Origin: an uncultured Candidatus Saccharibacteria bacterium
GTDB lineage: Bacteria; Patescibacteriota; Minisyncoccia; Phycocordibacterales; DSPV01
Assembly: GCA_964372805.1 (NCBI GenBank)
Contig: CAYJSB010000002.1
Span: 1-25,234, forward strand
Length of the DNA stretch: 25,234 bases
Reading direction: 5' to 3'
A program made the translations under genes and the position numbers. Position 1 is the first letter of the stretch. Each line of letters starts with the position of its first letter. A model generated the notes under the pieces. The model was not told the DNA's origin. It made no database searches and saw only the letters and a list, made by a program, of their open reading frames with translations. Positions 1 to 7,662 of this stretch are shown piece after piece.

Positions 1-8
1 ATAAAATT

Positions 9-36
9 AAAAAGGCCCTCAACGAAGTGAGGGCTT
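9..36 (-). terminator. Intrinsic terminator for the 54..596 gene
   Basis: Stem GCCCTC (15-20) / GAGGGC (29-34) with an 8-nt loop; A-run at 9-13 reads as a U-tract on the minus strand, about 20 nt after the stop. Confidence 0.7.
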
Positions 37-53
37 GATAAAAAGATTGGTGC

Positions 54-596
54 TTAAGGCACGTGTGATAGTAAGGATTCGGGGATTGCGAATTCTCCTT
101 CGGTGGACAAAGTGATAAGCGGATGGTTCCGACCGATATGGTTGAGAACTGTCAGCGTATCATTATACCACTTCGAATCAAAAGTTTCGGTAGAGCGTTG
201 CGTAAAGCAGTCCTCGGCACTACTGTATTTCAAGAAGAAACCGATTGGCGGAAACGCACGCATGGCACGTCCCTTTTTGCTCAGCTCCTCAATCCGTTTT
301 GGTGGGACATCAAGCGGGGCACGTTGATGTTTCTTCATCCGGTATTTGAAAACTCCTTGTGCCGTTATCGCGACATAAAAGCCTCCAAGGAGAATCCCGC
401 CCACGGGGACGACAAGATCACGACCTGCCGGCCTAATCGAAACCTTCATTACTTCAGGGCTGCTGATGAGATCACCCACAGTAACCCGAAACATTGAGTA
501 TTCCGTCACAAAGAAAAACTGACCAATGAATGTATTCATGATATTTAGTGATTTTGAGTTTGAGTTATAACGTTCTTTAGAAGTCCATTGAGACAC
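54..596 (-). CDS. Hypothetical protein (start uncertain: GTG 596 or ATG 539)
   Basis: 180-aa ORF with no recognised motif, but flanked by a near-consensus promoter (640-668) and a terminator (9-36). Confidence 0.65.
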   Translation of the reverse strand: MSQWTSKERYNSNSKSLNIMNTFIGQFFFVTEYSMFRVTVGDLISSPEVMKVSIRPAGRDLVVPVGGILLGGFYVAITAQGVFKYRMKKHQRAPLDVPPKRIEELSKKGRAMRAFPPIGFFLKYSSAEDCFTQRSTETFDSKWYNDTLTVLNHIGRNHPLITLSTEGEFAIPESLLSHVP

Positions 597-639
597 CCAA
601 AGAACGCTACAACTATTTCAAAGAACTTCCTACTCCTAG

Positions 640-668
640 ATTGTACACCCAATAAGTATTTTTGTCAA
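640..668 (-). promoter_or_regulatory. Sigma70-type promoter TTGACA-17-TACAAT
   Basis: Minus strand: TTGACA at 668-663, 17-nt spacer, TACAAT at 645-640. Confidence 0.75.
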
Positions 669-669
669 C

Positions 670-783
670 TTATTGATGAAGTACTTGATCTAGAAAAGTA
701 GTCAATTCTTCGCCTTTTATTTCTCGCAATGCGCCAGATTTTAGGTTGCCCAATTTTATATTCATAATTCTTTCACGTTTTAA
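670..783 (-). pseudogene. Remnant of the C-terminus of an RsuA/RluB/RluF-family pseudouridine synthase
   Basis: LKRERIMNIKLGNLKSGALREIKGEELTTFL resembles the family C-terminal pattern L-x-R-x-R-I-M-N-I-x-L-G-x-L-x-x-G-x-x-R-E-(L/I); no catalytic domain fits between here and the hppA stop at 913. Confidence 0.55.
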
Positions 784-912
784 GCCGGCACATATCCGTA
801 CTGCCCCTGAACCTTCTTTATAACATTGAGTTTTTCGCGTATCATAGGCATATAAACTTTGTCTTGGAGAACGGTTATAATATCCGTTCCCCCCAGACAC
901 ATACAAAGATAC

Positions 913-2910
913 TTATTTAGCCAGTAATCCGACCAACAGTAACGCAACTATATTCAATATCTTAATCATGGGGTTAATCGCGGGCCCCGCCGTATCTTTG
1001 TATGGGTCGCCAACCGTGTCACCTGTGACAGCCGCTTTATGCGCGTCAGAACCCTTGCCCCCATAATTTCCGGCTTCTATGTATTTCTTCGCATTGTCCC
1101 ATGCCCCGCCTCCCGATGTCATGGAAATTGCCACGAAAAGTCCAGTGATAATTGAGCCGACAAGAAGTCCTCCGAGCGCGACAGGCCCTAGCAGAAATCC
1201 GACAAGAATCGGCGCAAGAACAGGGATAAGTGCCGGAACAACCATTTGCTTGATTGCGGCGCCGGTGACGATATCAACCGCGCGCGCGTAATCAGGTTTT
1301 GCAGTGCCTTCCATGATGCCTTTTATCTCGCGGAATTGGCGGCGCACTTCATTGACGACTTCGCCTGCGGTTTTTCCGACAGCTTCCATTGCAAGCGCCG
1401 CAAAGTAGTAGGGGAGAAGTCCTCCGATGAAGAGCCCGACAAGCACTTTAGGATCGCCAAGCGCAAAAACCAAATCTTTTCCGAGGTTTGCGAATTCTTG
1501 CGTGTAGGAAGCGAACAATACAAGCGCGGCAAGCGCTGCCGAGCTGATAGCGTACCCTTTTGTTACGGCCTTTGTTGTGTTGCCGACGGCGTCAAGCGGG
1601 TCTGTTACATCGCGAACTTCTTTCGGAAGTTCCGCCATTTCGGCTATTCCTCCAGCGTTGTCAGTGATGGGGCCATAGGAGTCGATTGCAACAATAATTC
1701 CGGCCATTGAAAGCATGGACATTGCCGCAACGGCGATTCCGTAAAGTCCTGCAAAATGATAGGTAACAAGAATTCCAGCGACGATAGTCAAAAGTGGAAG
1801 AGCGGTTGATTTCATGGACACCGCAAGCCCCTGAATTATATTTGTTCCGTGTCCCGACAAAGAAGCTTTCGCGATTGACTGAACGGGCTTGTATTTTGTA
1901 GAGGTATAGTATTCGGTGATGATAACAATCAGCGCCGTGACGACGAGGCCTATGATAGACGCTCCAAAGATAGAGCCGACAGAATATTGTCCGTTACTTT
2001 CCATGAGAATTTTTGTAATCGGATAGAAGGCTGCCGCAGACAAGACGCCAGCGACCGCAAGCCCTTTGTAGAGTGCGCCCATGATGTTTTGTGATTTACC
2101 CATTCGCACGAACCAAGTGCCGATTATGGAAGCGATGATTGCGACTCCTCCGATTGCAATAGGGAAGGTTACTGCTCCTTCAAAGCCCTTAAACAGGGCG
2201 CTTCCGAGAATCATTGTCGCGATAGTGGTAACCGCATACGTTTCAAATAAATCAGCCGCCATTCCTGCGCAGTCGCCGACATTGTCGCCGACATTGTCGG
2301 CGATGACGGCGGGGTTGCGCGGGTCGTCTTCTGGAATATTTTTTTCAACTTTGCCGACAAGGTCAGCGCCGACGTCGGCCGCTTTAGTAAAGATGCCGCC
2401 TCCGAGTCGTGCGAAAACGCTGATGAGCGATGCACCGAATCCAAGTCCGATAAGAGCCGTTACGCTTTCAGTCAGCGCGTAATAGCCTGCAACGCCAAGA
2501 AGCGCGAGGCCGACGACAAGAAGCCCAGTAACGCTTCCTCCTTTGAATGCAAGCGAAAGTGCAGGAGCAAGTCCTTTGCGCGCCGCCTCCGCGGTGCGTA
2601 CGTTGGCGCGGACGGAAACGTTCATTCCGATATAGCCGGCAAGCGCGGAGAAAATCGCCCCGACGAGGAATCCTCCGGCGATTTTAATACCAAACGCCGC
2701 CCACAGAATTACGAACAAAATCGTTGCTACCGCGGCAATTGTCCGATACTGGCGGTTGAGATATGCCTTAGCCCCCGAAGCGATGGCGGCGGCGATTTCC
2801 TGCATGCGGGCATTTCCGGCTTCTTTTTTTGAAATGTGTTTTGCCAGCGCGAGACCGTAAATAATTCCGACTACCGAGCTTATAAGCGCAAAAATAACGA
2901 ATGGACTCAT
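913..2910 (-). CDS. hppA: Membrane-bound H+-translocating pyrophosphatase, K+-independent type
   Basis: 665 aa polytopic protein with [20 protein letters not shown] and [10 protein letters not shown] motifs; GNTTKA (Lys) is the established marker of K+-independent enzymes. Confidence 0.97.
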   Translation of the reverse strand: MSPFVIFALISSVVGIIYGLALAKHISKKEAGNARMQEIAAAIASGAKAYLNRQYRTIAAVATILFVILWAAFGIKIAGGFLVGAIFSALAGYIGMNVSVRANVRTAEAARKGLAPALSLAFKGGSVTGLLVVGLALLGVAGYYALTESVTALIGLGFGASLISVFARLGGGIFTKAADVGADLVGKVEKNIPEDDPRNPAVIADNVGDNVGDCAGMAADLFETYAVTTIATMILGSALFKGFEGAVTFPIAIGGVAIIASIIGTWFVRMGKSQNIMGALYKGLAVAGVLSAAAFYPITKILMESNGQYSVGSIFGASIIGLVVTALIVIITEYYTSTKYKPVQSIAKASLSGHGTNIIQGLAVSMKSTALPLLTIVAGILVTYHFAGLYGIAVAAMSMLSMAGIIVAIDSYGPITDNAGGIAEMAELPKEVRDVTDPLDAVGNTTKAVTKGYAISSAALAALVLFASYTQEFANLGKDLVFALGDPKVLVGLFIGGLLPYYFAALAMEAVGKTAGEVVNEVRRQFREIKGIMEGTAKPDYARAVDIVTGAAIKQMVVPALIPVLAPILVGFLLGPVALGGLLVGSIITGLFVAISMTSGGGAWDNAKKYIEAGNYGGKGSDAHKAAVTGDTVGDPYKDTAGPAINPMIKILNIVALLLVGLLAK

Positions 2911-2939
2911 GGTAGATAAAGTTAAAAATTAAAAAATCA

Positions 2940-3011
2940 AAATGCAAAATGACAGTTAAAAATGCAAAGTTTCCCGCCTTGTTTTTAATTTTACATTGTC
3001 ATTTTGCATTT
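2940..3011. repeat. 15-bp perfect inverted repeat inside AT-rich 7-bp-period arrays between nusA and hppA
   Basis: AAATGCAAAATGACA (2940-2954) and its reverse complement TGTCATTTTGCATTT (2997-3011). Confidence 0.7.
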
Positions 3012-4185
3012 ATAAGGTTGTCTCGGAGACATTAGGAGTTTTTTCCTCAGATGTCTGCTTTGACACCTCGCCCTCACTTGGTCCTGACGATTGGATGTCA
3101 ATGCGCCAGCCGGTTAATTTTGCCGCAAGACGCACATTTTGCCCGCCTCTGCCTATCGCAAGCGACTGTTGGTCCGCGGCCACCTCCACTTTAGATTGTT
3201 TTTCGTTTTCGTCAACGATTTCTACGGAAAGCACTCGCGCGGGCGATAGCGCGTCTTCAATGAACTGCTTGGTATTCGGCGACCACTCTATAATGTCTAT
3301 TTTTTCTCCGCCGAGCTCCGACATAACGGTAGAAACGCGCACGCCGCGCTGTCCAACAAGAGAGCCGACAGGGTCAATGTGCGAATCTTTTGAAACTACG
3401 GCGACTTTTGAACGAGAGCCGGCTTCGCGCGCTACAGATTTTATTTCAACAACTCCGCTTGAGATTTCCGGCGTTTCCATTGCGAACAGCTTTTCAAGGA
3501 ATTTAGGATGAGAACGAGACAGCTTCAAAAACACGCCCTTCGGGGTTTCTTCAACCTTATAGAGATACGCGCGTACGCGCTCGCCTTGTTTGTAGCGCTC
3601 TCCGGGTATCTGCTCTTCGTATGGTAGTATCGCGTTTGTGCGCCCCATGTCAACGAAAATATTTCCGCGTTCCACGCGCTGAACGGTGCCGGTAACGATA
3701 TCTCCTTCTCGTTTGCCGTACTCTTCCATAACTGATACTTTTTCCGCCTCGCGTATTTTTTGGATGATAACCTGTTTTGCTGTTTGCGCGGCGATGCGTC
3801 CGTAATCGGATTTTTCTTCAAGCGGGAAGACGAGTTCATCGTCCACTTTGGCGTCAGCTTTTATCTTTTGGGCATCTGGCAATAATATGTGATGTTCCGG
3901 ATTGAAACGGATTTTCTCTTCCTCGTCTGGCGAGGTCTCGGGAATCTCTTCATCTTCCATAATAACTCTATCCGGGTCCACAACGGTTTTAACTTGGAAA
4001 AAATCGGTTTTGCCCGAATCTACGTCAAAAGTTGCGCGCACAATTTGCCCTTTCTTTCCGTACTCTTTTTTGTATGCGGTTGCGAGTGCGAGCGCGACGG
4101 CTTCAAGCACGCGTTCTTTTGGAATACCCCGCTCTTCTTCCAATTGTTCCAACACCGATTTTATGACTTTTAGATCAAATAGCAT
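3010..4185 (-). CDS. nusA: Transcription termination/antitermination factor NusA
   Basis: FGRIAAQTAKQV-like YGRIAAQTAKQVIIQKIREAE, S1 domain, KH domains (AREAGSRSKVAV, GSLVGQRGVRV, AIGRGGQNVRLAAKLTGWRIDI). Confidence 0.98.
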   Translation of the reverse strand: MLFDLKVIKSVLEQLEEERGIPKERVLEAVALALATAYKKEYGKKGQIVRATFDVDSGKTDFFQVKTVVDPDRVIMEDEEIPETSPDEEEKIRFNPEHHILLPDAQKIKADAKVDDELVFPLEEKSDYGRIAAQTAKQVIIQKIREAEKVSVMEEYGKREGDIVTGTVQRVERGNIFVDMGRTNAILPYEEQIPGERYKQGERVRAYLYKVEETPKGVFLKLSRSHPKFLEKLFAMETPEISSGVVEIKSVAREAGSRSKVAVVSKDSHIDPVGSLVGQRGVRVSTVMSELGGEKIDIIEWSPNTKQFIEDALSPARVLSVEIVDENEKQSKVEVAADQQSLAIGRGGQNVRLAAKLTGWRIDIQSSGPSEGEVSKQTSEEKTPNVSETTL

Positions 4186-4189
4186 GAAT

Positions 4190-4365
4190 GATTTTTAAGG
4201 AGCGGAGCGACTATAAAAATCTTCACTCCGCCCTAATTTTGCCGCACACAGTCCGTGTGCCGTTCGAATGCCGTAAGATTCAGTTGTTCGCACAGTTGTC
4301 ATGGCTAGTTTTGTGAAATTAGGGCGGGTTTTGAAAAATATACTTCGCTTCACCCGTTATTTTTC
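4190..4365. repeat. Inverted doublet element 1: bulged hairpins A (4190-4221, minus) and D (4333-4365, plus) around a stem-closed core (4228-4328)
   Basis: A = GATTTTTA-T-AG-TCGCTCCGCTC-CT-TAAAAATC; D = GAAAAATA-T-AC-TTCGCTTCACCC-GT-TATTTTTC; core closed by the 12-bp stem CCGCCCTAATTT/AAATTAGGGCGG. Confidence 0.8.
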
Positions 4366-4366
4366 T

Positions 4367-4395
4367 AAAAAATATGTCCGCCGGCAGGCGAACAT
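4367..4395 (-). terminator. Terminator-like hairpin near the start of the nusA leader (possible attenuator)
   Basis: Minus strand ATGTTCGCC-TGCC-GGCGGACAT followed by ATTTTTT, a few nt downstream of the predicted transcription start. Confidence 0.45.
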
Positions 4396-4406
4396 TCAAT
4401 ACAGGC

Positions 4407-4434
4407 AGTATACTCGTTTAAGTTTTGTTGTCAA
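4407..4434 (-). promoter_or_regulatory. nusA promoter TTGACA-16-TATACT
   Basis: Minus strand TTGACA at 4434-4429 and TATACT at 4412-4407; implies a leader of about 215 nt. Confidence 0.75.
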
Positions 4435-4477
4435 GTGAGGATGTGTACAAAAGAGTACTCTGTTTTTGCTATACCTA

Positions 4478-4525
4478 AGCACTAACTTTCCACCTTTCCA
4501 CAAAAAGTTAGTGCTGGGGTATACT
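4478..4525 (+). promoter_or_regulatory. Putative pilB promoter (-10 TATACT at 4520-4525) overlapped by a 12-bp perfect inverted repeat
   Basis: AGCACTAACTTT (4478-4489) and AAAGTTAGTGCT (4504-4515) with a 14-nt spacer, just upstream of TATACT; -35 box weak. Confidence 0.5.
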
Positions 4526-4531
4526 ATTAAT

Positions 4532-4698
4532 GAAACATAAGGAGCGTAACGACTATATGTTTCTTAACCACGTGGAATAACCACGCCAACTCCATGTTGA
4601 TGGATTAAGCAGTAACATTCTATAAACTTTAACGATTTATTTTTTATATCTATTCCACGGGGCGATGATTTTTATGTTCGCTCCGCTCACTAAAAATC
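4532..4698. repeat. Inverted doublet element 2: bulged hairpins C (4532-4563, minus) and B (4667-4698, plus) around a stem-closed core (4568-4662)
   Basis: C = GAAACATA-T-AG-TCGTTACGCTC-CT-TATGTTTC; B = GATTTTTA-T-GT-TCGCTCCGCTC-AC-TAAAAATC; core stem CGTGGAATA (4571-4579) / TATTCCACG (4651-4659). Confidence 0.8.
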
Positions 4699-4702
4699 AA
4701 TC

Positions 4703-6448
4703 ATGTTTATCGAGAAAAAACAGCTAAGAGATTTTGTGCTTGATTCGGGGCTTGTGTCCTCGGTTGATTTTTCCAAAGCGGAAAATGAGGCGGAAAAAGC
4801 CGGCGTGTCGCTTGGCGAAGAACTTGTGCGCGAAGGCAAGATTTCCGAAGACGATTTGCGCCGCATGCAGGCCTATGTGCTTGGCATCCCGTTTGTTGAC
4901 TTGAGAAGCCAAAAACTTGATTTTGAAACGCTCTCGCTGATTCCGGAGCCAATTGCGCGAAAGAACAACATCGTGTCGTTTCGGAAATCTGATAAAGGAC
5001 TTGAGGTGGCCATGCTTGATACCTCGGACCTTGGCGCGATTGATTTCATAAAAAAGAAAGTAGGAACGAAAATTCTGCCGCGTTTGACCAATACCGAATC
5101 TATTAAAAATGCGCTTTTGCAATACCAGAAATCCCTCAAAGCAGAGTTCGGCGATATTATTAAAAAGGAATCTTCCTCAATCAAAGCAATAAAGGAACTT
5201 GCAGACGACGCATCCGAAAAAGATCTAAAAAAGATGGCGGAAGACCTGCCAGTCGTGCGCATTGTCGATACGCTGCTGAAGCACGCAATTATCCAGAACG
5301 CTTCTGACATACATATTGAACAAGAAGAAACGGAAGTTGTCGTGCGCTATCGGATAGATGGCATTTTGCACGACACGATGGTTCTCCCCAAACACGTGGG
5401 TCCATCGCTTGTTGCGCGCATCAAAGTGCTTTCTAACCTGCGCCTCGACGAGAAGCGCCTTCCGCAAGACGGGCGCTTCAAAATTGAAACGGAAGGCGAC
5501 AAGGTTTCGTTTCGCGTTTCTATTCTTCCTACGTCATTTGGCGAAAAAATCGTAATGCGCCTTCTTAAGGAAAATTCTAAGGGCTATACTCTCGAGGGAT
5601 TGGGTTTCCACGGCAAGGCGCTTGAAGATATACATTCGTCTTTGAAGAGGACAACGGGAATGATTTTATCGACCGGCCCCACGGGGTCAGGAAAAACGAC
5701 GACTCTCTACACGACGCTCGATATTCTTAATACGCCAAGCGTCAATATCTCGACAATTGAAGACCCTGTGGAATATCAGATGAATCGCATCAATCAATCG
5801 CAAGTGAAACCAGAGATAGGTTTTACGTTTGCTTCCGGATTGCGCTCCTTGGTTCGCCAAGACCCCGACATCATAATGGTCGGCGAAATCCGCGACAACG
5901 AAACAGCGTCGCTTGCTATCAATGCGTCTTTGACCGGCCACCTTGTGCTCTCAACGCTTCACACGAATTCGGCGGCAGGCGCGATTCCGCGTTTATTGGA
6001 TATGAAAGTTGAGCCGTTTTTACTTGTCTCTACTCTTGATGTGGTTATCGGCCAGCGTCTTGTTAGGAAGCTTTCAGAAAAACGCGAGAAATATTTTATG
6101 ACCAAAGATAAGCTAAACACGCTTCGCAAGTCGGTTGATTTGGACAGAGTGCTGGCATTTCTAAAAGAGGAAAAAATAGTGGACAAAGATGCCGTATGGG
6201 AAAAAATTCCTTTCTATCGGCCTATCCAATCCGAAACAGGCGACGGATATCACGGCCGAGTGGTTATTCATGAAGTGCTAAAAGTTACGCCAACGATCAA
6301 AAATTTGATTATCAAAGGAGCGTCTTCAGATGAGATAGAGGCGCAGGCGAAAAAGGAGGGAATGATGACGATGATAGAAGATGGGATTTTTAAGGTTGTG
6401 CAGGGAATTACGACGCTAGAAGAAGTGTTGCGGGTAGTAACAGAGTAG
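4703..6448 (+). CDS. pilB: Type IV pilus / type II secretion assembly ATPase, PilB/GspE family
   Basis: N-terminal MshEN/GspE-N-like region, ASDIHIE, RLPQDGR, Walker A GPTGSGKTT, TIEDPVE, DPDIIMVGEIRD, TGHLVLSTLHTN. Confidence 0.96.
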   Translation: MFIEKKQLRDFVLDSGLVSSVDFSKAENEAEKAGVSLGEELVREGKISEDDLRRMQAYVLGIPFVDLRSQKLDFETLSLIPEPIARKNNIVSFRKSDKGLEVAMLDTSDLGAIDFIKKKVGTKILPRLTNTESIKNALLQYQKSLKAEFGDIIKKESSSIKAIKELADDASEKDLKKMAEDLPVVRIVDTLLKHAIIQNASDIHIEQEETEVVVRYRIDGILHDTMVLPKHVGPSLVARIKVLSNLRLDEKRLPQDGRFKIETEGDKVSFRVSILPTSFGEKIVMRLLKENSKGYTLEGLGFHGKALEDIHSSLKRTTGMILSTGPTGSGKTTTLYTTLDILNTPSVNISTIEDPVEYQMNRINQSQVKPEIGFTFASGLRSLVRQDPDIIMVGEIRDNETASLAINASLTGHLVLSTLHTNSAAGAIPRLLDMKVEPFLLVSTLDVVIGQRLVRKLSEKREKYFMTKDKLNTLRKSVDLDRVLAFLKEEKIVDKDAVWEKIPFYRPIQSETGDGYHGRVVIHEVLKVTPTIKNLIIKGASSDEIEAQAKKEGMMTMIEDGIFKVVQGITTLEEVLRVVTE

Positions 6449-6493
6449 CTGATAGCGTATAGCAAAACAGCTTATAGCTTTAAGACAAAAATT

Positions 6494-6781
6494 ATGAACT
6501 GGAAAAAATGGCCATATTGGTTAATAGGAGGAATAGATGCTGTCGGGATATGTTTATTAGTCATTGCCTCTATGAGTAAAAGTGATTTCCTCTATGATGT
6601 TTCTAGTCTTTTATATGATTTTGTGTGCAAACTCTTTATTAATTGTATACCCCAACCCGATCTAAATAGTTATGATGCCATAGTTTTTAACTCAATGGTT
6701 GTAGGGAGCTTTATTGCTGGTGCGCTTCTCGGTTGGCTCTACGGCAAAATCAAGGGTCGCAGAAAGGTGGAGAATGTCTAA
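6494..6781 (+). CDS. Small two-helix membrane protein, paralog 1 (WxKWPYW...YGKIK)
   Basis: 95 aa, two hydrophobic segments, termini shared with the 7302..7628 ORF. Confidence 0.8.
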   Translation: MNWKKWPYWLIGGIDAVGICLLVIASMSKSDFLYDVSSLLYDFVCKLFINCIPQPDLNSYDAIVFNSMVVGSFIAGALLGWLYGKIKGRRKVENV

Positions 6782-6808
6782 TCTTAAATTGTTGGCAGGA
6801 AGACGAGT

Positions 6809-7210
6809 ATGCACATAGTAAAAAGATTTCTAGAGTGGATACGGCTTAAAGAAAAACTTCACCAAGGGGTTAGTAAGCCGCCGTTGTTCAAAGAGGGGGA
6901 GATCTGGTGGTGTAGTATTGGGGAAAATGTTGGTAGAGAAATAAATGGCAAAAGTGTCCTCTTTTCTCGTCCGGTGTTAATATTTAAGAAACTTTCCAGA
7001 GAAACATTTTTAGGTTTGCCGACCACTTCTCAAAGCAGGAACGGGACGTGGTACGTGGAAATCACCTACGGCGGCAGGCTGGTAACGGTCATACTCTCGC
7101 AAGCACGAATTTTGGATGCAAAACGAATGTCAACAAAGATTGGCAAAATTGATTCTGCGAACATCAAGAAAGTGAAGATAGGTTTCCGCAATCTGTTTCT
7201 GCCCAAATAA
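6809..7210 (+). CDS. PemK/MazF-family toxin-like endoribonuclease without an adjacent MazE
   Basis: GEIWWCSIGENVGRE...RPVLI...LPTTS...ILSQARILDAKR follows the PemK/MazF pattern, including the RP and PxT motifs that carry the catalytic Arg and Thr. Confidence 0.85.
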   Translation: MHIVKRFLEWIRLKEKLHQGVSKPPLFKEGEIWWCSIGENVGREINGKSVLFSRPVLIFKKLSRETFLGLPTTSQSRNGTWYVEITYGGRLVTVILSQARILDAKRMSTKIGKIDSANIKKVKIGFRNLFLPK

Positions 7211-7213
7211 ATT

Positions 7214-7229
7214 CCCCTCTTGCGAGGGG
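7214..7229 (+). other. GC-rich hairpin directly after the PemK-like stop
   Basis: CCCCTC-TTGC-GAGGGG, with no U-tract after it. Confidence 0.5.
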
Positions 7230-7301
7230 CCGTGGCGAATGCCAAAAGTAACTACAGTATACATGAGATGATTTATAAGTCAATTAATTTAAGGTAAGAA
7301 C

Positions 7302-7628
7302 ATGAAATGGAACAAATGGCCATATTGGGTGAGGGGAGGAGCGATTGGTTTCTTAGCCTATGCATGTTTGGCATTTACTCTTTCTGCCTTCATCGCAGCT
7401 GACGGATGTGGAGTGCAGGATATTCCTTCTGAAGGTTCATCCATTGATAATACGAATTGCCCGACCTACTTATCCATGTTTGTTTTTAATATCAAGGCTT
7501 TTTTTATTGAGACCTTTAGAACGCCGCTCCTATTATTCGTTACTCTCTTTGTTTGTATCCTTGCTGGCTTTATCTACGGAAAAATTAAGAATAGAAAGAG
7601 TAATCAAGGTCAGACCTTCCCAAACTAA
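7302..7628 (+). CDS. Small two-helix membrane protein, paralog 2 (WxKWPYW...YGKIK)
   Basis: 108 aa; MKWNKWPYWVRGG start and GFIYGKIKNR end match paralog 1. Confidence 0.8.
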   Translation: MKWNKWPYWVRGGAIGFLAYACLAFTLSAFIAADGCGVQDIPSEGSSIDNTNCPTYLSMFVFNIKAFFIETFRTPLLLFVTLFVCILAGFIYGKIKNRKSNQGQTFPN

Positions 7629-7639
7629 GGACTGACCTT
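7606..7639. repeat. Pair of 13-bp AAGG-N5-CCTT mini-palindromes
   Basis: AAGGTCAGACCTT (7606-7618) and AAGGACTGACCTT (7627-7639). Confidence 0.6.
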
Positions 7640-7662
7640 TCTAAAACACTACTAACTAAAAA

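Noticed and set aside
781-903. 40-aa minus-strand ORF ending VIKKVQGQYGYVPA, faintly like NuoE
   Set aside because: Too short, no Fe-S cysteine pattern, no start signals; similarity is likely chance.
4228-4328. Stem-closed core as a tRNA, SRP RNA or known riboswitch
   Set aside because: No cloverleaf, T-loop, SRP loop or aptamer motif that I can recognise; kept only as part of the doublet element.
4442-4502. Two 8/9 DnaA-box-like sites suggesting oriC
   Set aside because: Only two imperfect boxes, no clear unwinding element and no dnaA/dnaN nearby.
6449-7662. Integron cassette array
   Set aside because: No attC-like GTTRRRY/RYYYAAC-bounded palindromes between the genes and no integrase in the window.
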